From assembly GCA_964565955.1 (NCBI GenBank), contig CAZMHC010000005.1, positions 11,560 to 75,559 on the forward strand: 64,000 nucleotides of DNA, given 5' to 3'. Position 1 is the first letter of the stretch. Each line of letters begins with the position of its first letter. Positions 1-8,600 of the stretch are shown here, piece by piece. Both the position numbers and the translations under genes were made by a program. Origin of the DNA: an uncultured Terracidiphilus sp. Lineage in GTDB: Bacteria; Acidobacteriota; Terriglobia; Terriglobales; Acidobacteriaceae. The notes beneath the pieces are model-generated. The model saw only the letters and a program-made list of their open reading frames with translations, had not been told where the DNA came from and ran no database searches.

Positions 1-1
1 G

Positions 2-193
2 TATGAGGCCATCCGCGTCGGGCTGATGAGGGTGGCGGCACAGGCGCAAGCCGAAGGAGCATCGGTACATATGCCGCGCATCGGATGCGGTCTTGCCGGG
101 GGAGAATGGACTAAGATTGAGCCGATTGTCGCCGAAGCGCTTGTTGGCCAGGGCGTCGAAGTTACGGTTTACGATTACTCGCCGCCTGACTGA
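2..193 (+). CDS. Macro (ADP-ribose/Appr-1-p processing) domain protein, C-terminal fragment; the 5' end lies outside the window
   Basis: Frame 2 is open from the window edge to TGA 191-193. It reads YEAIRVGLMRVAAQAQAEGASVHMPRIGCGLAGGEWTKIEPIVAEALVGQGVEVTVYDYSPPD. The PRIGCGLAGG motif is typical of macro domains. The fragment is too short to appear in the ORF track. Confidence 0.55.
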   Translation, partial: YEAIRVGLMRVAAQAQAEGASVHMPRIGCGLAGGEWTKIEPIVAEALVGQGVEVTVYDYSPPD

Positions 194-260
194 GCGCTCT
201 TCGCACAAACCTGGAGGGTGAGCGCGAGCGCCTATCATAAGAATTGCGAGACTCTCGCCC

Positions 261-2156
261 ATGCGCCTGAAGACCAAACTCGTGCTGTCCATCACGGCCC
301 TGGTTTTTGTCATCTCCGGGGTGCTTTCGCTGGTCTACGTCAGTCAACTGCTGCACGCGGCCGTGCAGCAATCCTGGGACACCAATCACATGGTCGCCGA
401 TCAGGTGCGGTTTGCCGTGCAGAACGCATTCCAGACCGAGTTGCGGGACCGCAAGGTGGACCCCAACAATCCGGACGAGTTGCGTTCTCTGGCGGCGGAG
501 GCGGTGCGCGACAACGCCGCGCTGCAAGCCGTGGTGGACTCGATCAATCGCTATTCGTTTACCGTCTACGACATCAACATCGTAGACAGCCAGTCTCGGA
601 CCTTGCTGAGCACCAACCCGGAGAACGAAGACAAGCCGATGCCGGTCCGCCCCAACTACAAGCAGCTTGTCGACGCCAACCCGATGCAGTTCATGAAAGA
701 GGTTTTCGGTCCCCCCAGTGTCTTCGATGTGGCCGTACCGTTGGAGCGCAATGGCGAACCGTTTGTGACCGTGCACGTGGGGGTGCGCACCACATTGTTG
801 CGAGCCGTCTACGAGCCTTGGCTGCGGTCGGCGATTACGCTGATGGAGTTGGTGCTGGGCACGGCGCTGATCGCGGCTTTCCTGCTCAGCAATCTGGCCC
901 TGCGCCCCCTGGAAAAGATCAGCCGGCAGTTGGATTACTGGACCGCGGCCAGCGAGGCGGAGGTGGACAAGCAGGCTCCCCGGCAGGATATGGAGGCCCG
1001 TGTCTCCAGCAAGATCGAGATCATCGGCCAGCGTATGCGCAATGTGGAGGAGGTCTTCTCCGCGTTGAAGGAAAACATGGATCAGATTCTCGCCAACCTC
1101 CAGGACGGAATTCTGCTCTTCACCGGCGATGGGCGAGCGGTGCTGGTCTCGGAGGCGGCGCGGCGATTGCTCAACGTGGAAACAGGCAGCCTGCTGGGGT
1201 TGCGCGCTCACGATATCTTCGACAGCGCAACGGTGCTGGGGCAGACCTTGCTCAAGGCTTTCGATGCCGGCTCATCCCTGGTCAAGGAAGAGATTCTCAC
1301 CGAGACCTGGCGCCGCATCGAAGTCTCTCTGGATTTTATCCACGACGACCGCACCGGGCAGGGGCTGGGCGCGCTGGTGACCTTGCACGACCTCGAGTCG
1401 GTGGAGCGGATCGAGTCCGAGTTGGAACTCTCGCGGCGCATGGCGGCCATCGGCAGGCTCACCTCCGGGGTGGGGCACGAGGTGAAGAACCCCATCAACG
1501 CCATCGTGGTGCATCTGGAGCTATTGAAAGCCAAGCTGGGCGCCGCCGGGGTTCCTGCCCACTCGCACTTGGAGGTGATCGACGCGGAGATTCACCGCCT
1601 GGACCGCGTGGTGCAGACGCTGGTGGACTTTTCCCGCCCCGTCGAGTTGCAACTGAAGGAGCAGGATATGCGCCCGGTGATCGGCGATGTGCTGGCGCTG
1701 GCCACTGCCGAGCTTTACACTCGCAATGTAACCCTTATCAGCCGTTTGCCGTCTAGCCCCCTGGTGGCAAATCTGGATGCCGACCTCCTCAAGCAGGCGG
1801 CGCTCAACGTGATTCAAAACGGCGCGCAGGCCATGCCTCAGGGCGGCACGCTGGAAGTGATTCTCGAAGAAGATCGCAAGTCCGCCCTGCTGCGCATCTC
1901 CGACGAAGGAACCGGCATTCCCGACGAGATTCGAGAAAAGATATTCGAGCTCTATTTCACCACCAAGAGCGAGGGAAGCGGCATCGGTCTGTCCATGGCC
2001 TATCGCATTCTCCAGTTGCATCATGGCAGCATCGAAGTACAATCGAGACAAGACAAAGGCACAGAGTTCCAACTGCGCATTCCTCTCGCCGCGGAGGGTG
2101 GGCGTCGGCATCCTCAGCGGGTGAGCGCTGAAATCGAGAAAGGGCTTAGGGCATGA
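261..2156 (+). CDS. Sensor histidine kinase (TM-HAMP-PAS-HisKA-HATPase_c, NtrB/AtoS-like)
   Basis: 631 aa. It has an N-terminal TM helix and a second TM followed by a HAMP-like segment (LRPLEKISRQL). A PAS-like segment reads ILANLQDGILLFTGDGRAV. The H-box is GVGHEVKNPINAI. The N/G boxes are NVIQNGAQAM, DEGTGIP and GSGIGLSMAY. Confidence 0.9.
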   Translation: MRLKTKLVLSITALVFVISGVLSLVYVSQLLHAAVQQSWDTNHMVADQVRFAVQNAFQTELRDRKVDPNNPDELRSLAAEAVRDNAALQAVVDSINRYSFTVYDINIVDSQSRTLLSTNPENEDKPMPVRPNYKQLVDANPMQFMKEVFGPPSVFDVAVPLERNGEPFVTVHVGVRTTLLRAVYEPWLRSAITLMELVLGTALIAAFLLSNLALRPLEKISRQLDYWTAASEAEVDKQAPRQDMEARVSSKIEIIGQRMRNVEEVFSALKENMDQILANLQDGILLFTGDGRAVLVSEAARRLLNVETGSLLGLRAHDIFDSATVLGQTLLKAFDAGSSLVKEEILTETWRRIEVSLDFIHDDRTGQGLGALVTLHDLESVERIESELELSRRMAAIGRLTSGVGHEVKNPINAIVVHLELLKAKLGAAGVPAHSHLEVIDAEIHRLDRVVQTLVDFSRPVELQLKEQDMRPVIGDVLALATAELYTRNVTLISRLPSSPLVANLDADLLKQAALNVIQNGAQAMPQGGTLEVILEEDRKSALLRISDEGTGIPDEIREKIFELYFTTKSEGSGIGLSMAYRILQLHHGSIEVQSRQDKGTEFQLRIPLAAEGGRRHPQRVSAEIEKGLRA

Positions 2157-2713
2157 AGTTGCCTGCCAAGAGCGTTGCGTGGTCGCTTCCGTTGCTGTTG
2201 CTGACGGGTTGCATCCACAAATCCCATCAAGTTCAGCCGCAGCCGCTTGCGCCTCCCATCGAGGATACGCCTCCTCCCAAGCCATCGCCGTCGCCAACCG
2301 ACCTGCCGCCGCCGGTGGTAACGGTCCCCCCCACTACGGCTCCGCCCGTCGCGCAGACGCAACCGGAGCCTACGCCTCCCGTCAAGCATCGCAAGCGGAC
2401 GTCCAAGCCTGCCCCGCCTGCCTCCGACACGACGCAGGTGGCATCCGCGGAAAGCCCAGGCGTCAGCGCTATCGGCCAGCTCTCCTCCGGCGACTCCTCG
2501 GACGTCCGCGTCCAGACGGCGAACTCCATCGCGGGCACCGAGCGTGGCCTGAGCGGCATCGGCCGCAAGCTCAACGATCAGGAGGAAAAAACCGCCGCCC
2601 AGATCAGGGAGTTTCTCAAGCAGGCCCGCGCTGCGCTGAACTCCGGCGACCTGGATGGAGCGCGCACCCTGGCCGCCAAAGCCAAGGTGCTGCTGGGGGA
2701 GCTTACACAGTAG
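2153..2713 (+). CDS. Proline-rich lipoprotein, function unknown
   Basis: ATGA overlap with the kinase stop (2153-2156). The signal peptide has a lipobox (LLLLTGC). A Pro-rich linker is followed by a helical C-terminus. Confidence 0.6.
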   Translation: MKLPAKSVAWSLPLLLLTGCIHKSHQVQPQPLAPPIEDTPPPKPSPSPTDLPPPVVTVPPTTAPPVAQTQPEPTPPVKHRKRTSKPAPPASDTTQVASAESPGVSAIGQLSSGDSSDVRVQTANSIAGTERGLSGIGRKLNDQEEKTAAQIREFLKQARAALNSGDLDGARTLAAKAKVLLGELTQ

Positions 2714-3310
2714 CAACTTCTCTTCGGTCCCTTGCGGAAGTCGATCTTGTCATCGTGACCATGGGGGAAGCGGGTCGATTGCCGAATGGCCTGGCCGCAC
2801 AGCCCAAGAGCGATTTCTAGCGCAATCGACTTACCGCGGTTTCCGTGGCGGATCGTCGATCCACACTTTTAGCGAAGCATCCCGACGTAGACTTCATTCG
2901 TTCCGGGAGGCGCCGGAACCCATCCATCTTTAACGTGATCGTATCCGGTTTCCGAGGCCAGGGTTGCCAGTGAATTTCCCGCAAACCTACGCTCGATGAG
3001 GGGCGGCGCGTATCTTCGTAAGCCGATCGACCGCGTCTGCCATTTTCATACCTATGGTCATGGGAGAATTGCCTATCAAGCAACGTTGTATTTCAAAACC
3101 GGCATCCCGATCGGGGGATATTGTTCAGGATGAATGGTTTCAGACTAGTCCACAAGGCAGGTCAAGCTCTGCGTTGCAAGCCGCCCATTGACGAAACGCG
3201 GTGTTATGCGTATAAAGAGGGGCTGAGCAGCGCAACTCTGCCGCGCGTCATTCCAACCGGATTTATTCGGTCGGACCCTGCCGCAAGGGAAGCGCCCTCC
3301 CGGCAAACCC

Positions 3311-3874
3311 ATGATGCAAGAGGATCGATTGGTTGCGCATAGCCGAAATAAGACTCCCACTTCAGCGGCCAAATCCGGCGGCCAGGCCGGCACAGGCGCC
3401 GGACCGGCTTTTCAGCACTTTCAGGCCGCTGTGCTGCTGCTGCAGCAGGGCAAGTACGAGAAGGCTCTGGCCGCCTTTGAAAAGCTGCTCCCCGCCGCGC
3501 CGCCCACCATTCTGGAACGCTGCCAAATGTACATCAACACCTGCCGGCGACAATTGGAAAAGCCCAAATTGGACTTTCCCACCCCGGAGGAGCACTACGA
3601 CTACGCGGTCTCCCAGTTGAATACGGGAGACTACGAGGAGGCGCGCGATCAGTTCAATAGCATTCTCGCCTCCCATCCAGAGGCGGATTATGCCTTTTAC
3701 GGTCTGGCGCTGCTCGATGCCATTACCGGACATTCACTCGATTGCCTTCGCAATCTGGCCCGCGCCATCGAACTGAATCCAAAGAATCGGCTGCAGGCTC
3801 GCGTGGATAACGACTTCCAGAGCATGGTGGACGATCCTCGCTTTACCGAATTGCTGTATCCTGAGATTCCATAG
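3311..3874 (+). CDS. Tetratricopeptide (TPR) repeat protein
   Basis: 187 aa with repeated TPR-like helical pairs (QQGKYEKALAAFEKLL, NTGDYEEARDQFNSIL, AIELNPKN). Confidence 0.7.
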   Translation: MMQEDRLVAHSRNKTPTSAAKSGGQAGTGAGPAFQHFQAAVLLLQQGKYEKALAAFEKLLPAAPPTILERCQMYINTCRRQLEKPKLDFPTPEEHYDYAVSQLNTGDYEEARDQFNSILASHPEADYAFYGLALLDAITGHSLDCLRNLARAIELNPKNRLQARVDNDFQSMVDDPRFTELLYPEIP

Positions 3875-3882
3875 GGCTATTT

Positions 3883-4977
3883 GTGAATTTTGCAACCGCA
3901 GAGACCTCGTCATGCTCGGCCGCAGACCTTTTGCCCGCGTTCCCCGGCGATGCATCGGTCTACCTCGGCGACTCAGGACCGGCCATTCGCGTTGTGGCCA
4001 TGGGCGGCGGAACAGGTCTGTCCACTTTACTGCGTGGGCTGCGCCGGCACGTGAGCGCCCCCGGCCGGGAGGAAACCGCGCCCGGAGCGATCGCCGATCT
4101 TGCCGCCGTGGTTACGGTTACCGACGACGGCGGTTCCTCCGGTCGGCTGCGCGAAGATCTCGATATGCCGCCGCCAGGCGATTTGCGCAACTGCATGGTC
4201 GCTCTCAGCGAGGAAGAGGACCTGCTGGTCCGGCTATTTGCGCATCGCTTCCAGAAGGGCGATCTGCAAGGGCACAGCTTCGGCAATCTTTTTGTAGCCG
4301 CTCTCACCGAGATTACCGGAGACTTCGCCCGCGCCATCCAGCTTGCCTCGAAGATTCTGGCCACCCGCGGCCGCATCTATCCGGTCACCGCCGCAAACGC
4401 CACGCTGGTGGCGCGCATGGACGACGGATCGCTGCTGCGCGGCGAGACTCGAATCAACGCCAGCCCGCGCGGCATCGCCGAGTTGATGCTCGACCCTCCC
4501 GAAGCCGCGCCGCTACCCGAGACCCTCGAAGCCATCGAGCGCGCCGACCTTATCACAGTAGGCCCCGGTTCGCTCTATACCTCGCTGATCGCCACTCTTC
4601 TGGTGCGAGACATCCCGGCGGCGCTCGGATTGACGCGCGCTGTGCGGGTTTACGTGTGCAACCTGATGACCGAAGCCAACGAGAGCCTGGGCCTGACCGC
4701 CTCCGAGCACATCGAGCGGATCTACGAGCACACCCGCGCGCCCATCTTCGACTACGCGCTGGTGAATACCGCGCCCTTTTCGCCGGAGGTATTGGACCGT
4801 TACGCCGCTGAAGGCGCAGAGCCGATCGAGGCTGACATCGGGCGCATCGAGGCTCTGGGCGTACGCTGCATCGCCGGAGACTTCGCCAGCGCTGGGAGCC
4901 TCGTCCGCCATGCCCCCGACCGCGTCACCGCCGCGCTGCTGGAACTGGGCCGCGCCGCCTTGGCCGACCGGGACTGA
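3883..4977 (+). CDS. YvcK/CofD-like protein (UPF0052, gluconeogenesis factor family)
   Basis: GTG start. Family motifs are VVAMGGGTGLSTLLRGLR, VVTVTDDGGSSGRLR, GDLRNC and GPGSLYTSL. Confidence 0.85.
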   Translation: MNFATAETSSCSAADLLPAFPGDASVYLGDSGPAIRVVAMGGGTGLSTLLRGLRRHVSAPGREETAPGAIADLAAVVTVTDDGGSSGRLREDLDMPPPGDLRNCMVALSEEEDLLVRLFAHRFQKGDLQGHSFGNLFVAALTEITGDFARAIQLASKILATRGRIYPVTAANATLVARMDDGSLLRGETRINASPRGIAELMLDPPEAAPLPETLEAIERADLITVGPGSLYTSLIATLLVRDIPAALGLTRAVRVYVCNLMTEANESLGLTASEHIERIYEHTRAPIFDYALVNTAPFSPEVLDRYAAEGAEPIEADIGRIEALGVRCIAGDFASAGSLVRHAPDRVTAALLELGRAALADRD

Positions 4978-5060
4978 AAAGTGTTTCTTTGCCGGAACCG
5001 CTTCACCGGCATACAACGAAATGGCGCGGAGAGATGCCGCGCGATCCACAGGGAGGTTTC

Positions 5061-5582
5061 ATGCGCAAGACTCGAATTTGCATCGCGTTGGGTTGTTGCC
5101 TGTTCGCCGTGGCGGTCTTAGCCGTGGCGCAATCGGTCAGAAAGCCCGGTCTCTGGGAGATGACCAGCAACATGAGCTGGCAACGATCGCCTCTTCCCCC
5201 GGGCATGAGCTTGCCGCCGGGCGCCAATTCGCCCTTCGGCGGCGGCCCTCGGACCGCGCAGGTTTGCCTGACTCAGGCCATGATCGACAAGTACGGCGCG
5301 CCGGTGCCTGCGGCCCAACGCGACTGTCAGGTCGTGAACGTGGCGCTGAAGGCCACCGGCATGACCGCGGATATGGTGTGCAGCGGAAAGATGAGCGGCA
5401 AGGCCAGCCTCGAGTCTTCGTGGGCGGGCAGCGGCAACGTTGCCAAAGGCAAGGTGCATTTTGTCGGAACCATGCAGATGGGGCCGAACTCCACGCCGGT
5501 GGAATGGACGGTGGATTCCACTTCGGTTTACAAAGGTCCAGACTGCGGCAGCGTCCAACCCGTCGGCGCGGCCGGAAACTGA
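5061..5582 (+). CDS. DUF3617-family secreted/lipoprotein
   Basis: ATG at 5061 is preceded by GGGAGG. A signal peptide is followed by KPGLWEM and the spaced Cys pattern typical of DUF3617 (C..T, C.V, C.G...G.G, G.DCG). The ORF track starts it earlier, at 4989. Confidence 0.7.
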   Translation: MRKTRICIALGCCLFAVAVLAVAQSVRKPGLWEMTSNMSWQRSPLPPGMSLPPGANSPFGGGPRTAQVCLTQAMIDKYGAPVPAAQRDCQVVNVALKATGMTADMVCSGKMSGKASLESSWAGSGNVAKGKVHFVGTMQMGPNSTPVEWTVDSTSVYKGPDCGSVQPVGAAGN

Positions 5583-5668
5583 GACGCAACGCGCTCTTGG
5601 ATTGCTCAGGGCGCGGAAACACTTGATCCATGGATACCGCCTTTTTTGGCGAAGGCGGGGAATGCGGG

Positions 5669-5843
5669 CACAGGAACACAGTTTCTGTGTTCCTGTGGAG
5701 CGTACTGTTGAAAGTTATTGATTATAAGTAGGTTAGCATAGGCTCCACAGTTTCACAGTTTCTGTGTTTCTGTGTTTCTGTGGAGGGTGGCCACGGAAAG
5801 CATTGATTATGTGGGAGTTATATAGGCCTCCACAGTTTCACAG
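5669..5843. repeat. AT-rich hairpin plus iteron-like repeat block
   Basis: Perfect 13-bp-stem hairpin CACAGGAACACAG-TTT-CTGTGTTCCTGTG (5669-5697). Two 85-bp direct-repeat units follow, each bounded by CTGTGGAG (5693, 5778) and CTCCACAG-TTTCACAG (5743, 5828). TTTCTGTG occurs three times in tandem at 5759-5782. Confidence 0.8.
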
Positions 5844-6065
5844 CCAAAATCGCGAATATTTCGGTGTTTTCGGTCCAGTCGATTTTGGGCAAACGGTTGA
5901 TGGGACGGTTGTTATCGAACTCGAAAAAAGCGCTTTTCGTGACATAGAATGCGATAGTTGCGGGACGGCTTCACCAGGGGTCAGGGGTCAGAAAAGCGCC
6001 GCTCCGCCGACTACTTCAATTGTGCGCCGACATGAGGCAATTCTCGGCAAGAGCGGAGAAAAGAT

Positions 6066-6355
6066 GCTTCGATCCCCGGTCCCCAAATGCGAGGGACCGG
6101 GGGCACCTTCAGCGTGGTTGGAAAAGATCACCGGGACCGGGGGCACCCGCGGAGAATATGAGGCTTCGATCCCCGGTCCCCAAATGCGAGGGACCGGGGG
6201 CACCCTCAACTTGGTTTGAAAAGGTTAGCGAGAGCAGCGAACCGGCTCACCCGCCCGCTCATCGCGATAAAGCTGCGATGAACGGGGCACAGGCTTCGAT
6301 CCCCGGCACCCTCAGCGTGGTTGGAAAAGATCACCGGGACCGGGGGCACCCGCCT
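6066..6355. repeat. Tandem REP-like repeat with an approximately 97-bp period and a GC-rich hairpin
   Basis: The 42-bp sequence GCTTCGATCCCCGGTCCCCAAATGCGAGGGACCGGGGGCACC occurs identically at 6066-6107 and 6163-6204. It contains the hairpin CCCCGGTCCC-N9-GGGACCGGGG. A third copy at 6293-6353 carries an internal deletion. The 15-mer GGGACCGGGGGCACC occurs 4 times (6093, 6133, 6190, 6336). Confidence 0.85.
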
Positions 6356-6375
6356 GACTCCTTACGTGCAAATTA

Positions 6376-7371
6376 TCATTGTCTTGGCACCGGCACGGCG
6401 GCAATTACATCGGCCAGCACACGGTCGGCATCGAAGCCTTCCAGTTCGGCTTCGGGTTTGAGTATGACGCGATGGCGCAGCACCGGCTGGACGGCGCGCT
6501 TCACGTCGTCGGGGACCAGGTAATCGCGGCTATCGAAGGCGGCGGCGGCCTGGGCTACAAGCATCAGGCTGAGGGCGGCGCGGGGGCTGGCGCCGAGCAG
6601 CAGCGTGGGCCATTCGCGAGTGCGGCGGGCCAGCGACAGAATGTAGGTGTATAGCTCCGGCTCAATGCGTATGGCGCGGACTTCGGCGCGGGCGGCGGCC
6701 AGCAACCCTTCGGGGATGGGCGCGATGGAAGCGTCTTCGAGCAAGCCCGCGCCCGACCCCGCATGGTGCCGCTCGAGGATTTGCAACTCCTCTGTTTCGC
6801 TGGGGTAGGCGACGCGAATCTTGAGCAGGAAGCGGTCCAACTGCGCCTCGGGCAAGGGATATGTGCCCTCGAAGTCCACCGGGTTCTGGGTGGCGAAGAC
6901 GGTAAACCAGCTTGGCAGCGGGCGACGGGCACCGTCGCTGGTGACCTGGCGCTCTTCCATGCACTCCAGCAGCGCGGCCTGGGTGCGTGGGGGCATACGG
7001 TTGATCTCGTCCACCAACAGTAAATCTGTGAAGACCGGACCGGCGTGGAAGGCGAAGGAGTCGGAGCCGGGGCGGAGGATCGAGGTGCCGAGAATGTCGG
7101 CGGGCATCAGGTCCGGCGTGGCCTGGACGCGCTGAAAACCGAGACCCAGCAGCCGCCCAAGGGCTTTGACGATCAGCGTCTTGGCGATGCCGGGAACGCC
7201 TTCGAGCAAAGCGTGGCCCTGGCAAAGCACGGCGATCAGCACCTCTTCGAGGACCGCGCTTTGGCCGGCGATCACCCGGCCCAGTTCGGCGCGGGAGTGG
7301 ACGATCAGTTGGTTGGTTGCGTACAACGATTGCGGGTAAGGATTCGCGTCTTGGTCGGTTTCCTGGCTCAT
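6376..7371 (-). CDS. MoxR-family AAA+ ATPase
   Basis: 331 aa. Walker A context is LEGVPGIAKT and Walker B is LLVDEINR. Other MoxR signatures are TQAALLECMEERQVT and ATQNP. Confidence 0.92.
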   Translation of the reverse strand: MSQETDQDANPYPQSLYATNQLIVHSRAELGRVIAGQSAVLEEVLIAVLCQGHALLEGVPGIAKTLIVKALGRLLGLGFQRVQATPDLMPADILGTSILRPGSDSFAFHAGPVFTDLLLVDEINRMPPRTQAALLECMEERQVTSDGARRPLPSWFTVFATQNPVDFEGTYPLPEAQLDRFLLKIRVAYPSETEELQILERHHAGSGAGLLEDASIAPIPEGLLAAARAEVRAIRIEPELYTYILSLARRTREWPTLLLGASPRAALSLMLVAQAAAAFDSRDYLVPDDVKRAVQPVLRHRVILKPEAELEGFDADRVLADVIAAVPVPRQ

Positions 7372-8600
7372 AAGGCCCTTTCTTGCGGTTTGCTAAGAAT
7401 GTTCTCAGATTGGGCGGCGATGCCGCCGGGTTTTGCGGCGGCCAGCAGCTTTTTCCGGCGATCGTGCAATAGCTGGATCAGCCGGAGCGCTTCGCGGGGG
7501 CTGGCGGTTTCGCCCCGCGCGGCCTCTTCGCAGAGGGCGAGATCGGTTTCCAGGCTGGGATCGGTGGCGGGAAAGCGGCGGCGAATGGCCGCTGCCAGTT
7601 GCGCCGCGTCCATCTTCGCGGCGCGGAGTCCGCATAGCCGCAGAGTCTGTCGCCGGAAGCGTTCCCAGGCGATGGAGACCGCCGTGGAAGCGGCCCCGGC
7701 CTTGCGATAAAGCGAACCGAGCGCCTCCAGAAACTCGATGGGCGTGGCGCGGGGGGGCGGGGGCAGGTCGCGCACCGGCCCGCTGCGGCGGCTGAAGCTG
7801 AAGACGATTAGCAGAGCCAGAGCGACCAGACCGACCCACAGCAGGGTCCACGACGGGCCGGAGGCGTAGCTCCAGGTGGAGCGAATCTCCCCGTGCAGCG
7901 ACTCGTCCCAGTAGAAGCGGTGGCCTTCGCGCGGCCCCAGCGAGTTGAGCAGCAGGTCCAGATTGTGGGCGCGGGCCAGCGAGCCGTTTTCGAGCGGCGT
8001 GGAGCTGGCCCACCAGACGATGTGGCCTTTTTCCCAGTCGTAGGCGACCACCGCCGGCTGGCTGGCGCAACTGTATTCGACGCGATGCGCCGGATTGCCC
8101 ACCTGCCAGGAAGCCGTCGGGACCATCCATACCTGGCCGGAGTTGGAGAGCGAATCAAGCCCTTCGGGTTCCAGTTGGCAGGCGGCGAAGTCGAAGTTCT
8201 TGGCGGGCGCGCTGGCCGCGCCGGGCAGGAGGATGCCGCCTCCGAGTCCGGTTGTGAGCACACGGCCGCCGCGCGCGAGAATCTTGTGAACGGCCTTGAT
8301 GTCCTCGGCCTCTCGGGAGTAGGGCTGGGCAGAGATCAGCACCGTCTCCGGCCCGGCGGATTCGGCCAGTTCGCTCAGAGGCCGTTCCCAGCGCTCGATC
8401 GGATAATTGGCGCGCAGCAGCGTCTGGTAAGCGGCGCGGGCGCCGTGGCGGCCGGATAGATACGTCGAGGGCAGCGGATTGTCCTTGTCGTTGCCTCGCG
8501 GCGTCAGAATGCCGGTAAGGATGGCCAGCGTCAATCCGATGCCGACAAACCAGAAGAGCAAGCGGCGGTCGCGGGCGTCGAGCGAGGAGAGGAAGTTCAT
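7368..8600 (-). CDS. DUF4350 domain-containing membrane protein
   Basis: The stop overlaps the moxR start (ATGA at 7368-7371). It has an N-terminal TM and a second TM near residue 250. It sits between DUF4129 and MoxR, the usual DUF4350 position. Confidence 0.7.
   Translation of the reverse strand: MNFLSSLDARDRRLLFWFVGIGLTLAILTGILTPRGNDKDNPLPSTYLSGRHGARAAYQTLLRANYPIERWERPLSELAESAGPETVLISAQPYSREAEDIKAVHKILARGGRVLTTGLGGGILLPGAASAPAKNFDFAACQLEPEGLDSLSNSGQVWMVPTASWQVGNPAHRVEYSCASQPAVVAYDWEKGHIVWWASSTPLENGSLARAHNLDLLLNSLGPREGHRFYWDESLHGEIRSTWSYASGPSWTLLWVGLVALALLIVFSFSRRSGPVRDLPPPPRATPIEFLEALGSLYRKAGAASTAVSIAWERFRRQTLRLCGLRAAKMDAAQLAAAIRRRFPATDPSLETDLALCEEAARGETASPREALRLIQLLHDRRKKLLAAAKPGGIAAQSENILSKPQERAL

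Noticed and set aside
2817-3083. 88-aa minus-strand ORF in the 600-bp gap between the lipoprotein and TPR genes. I also considered an ncRNA in 2714-3310.
   Set aside because: The ORF is Arg-rich with no recognisable motif. A neighbouring frame (…GYDHVKDGWVPAPPGTNEVYVGMLR) lacks any start codon. I could not find signature sequences of RNase P, SRP, tmRNA or 6S RNA by eye. The gap remains unexplained rather than annotated.
5669-6355. Possible CRISPR array, given the clustered direct repeats in an intergenic region
   Set aside because: There are only 2-4 copies. The units are 85-97 bp long with related interiors. They are not short constant repeats separated by unique spacers of similar size. 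No cas genes and no leader-like organisation are present in the window.
5764-6523. ORFs 5764-6219 and 6020-6523 (151 and 167 aa), with repeated PVPKCEGPGAPS peptides
   Set aside because: The peptide repeats are simply translations of the tandem nucleotide repeat and its hairpin. The two ORFs overlap in different frames. There is no RBS or coherent domain.
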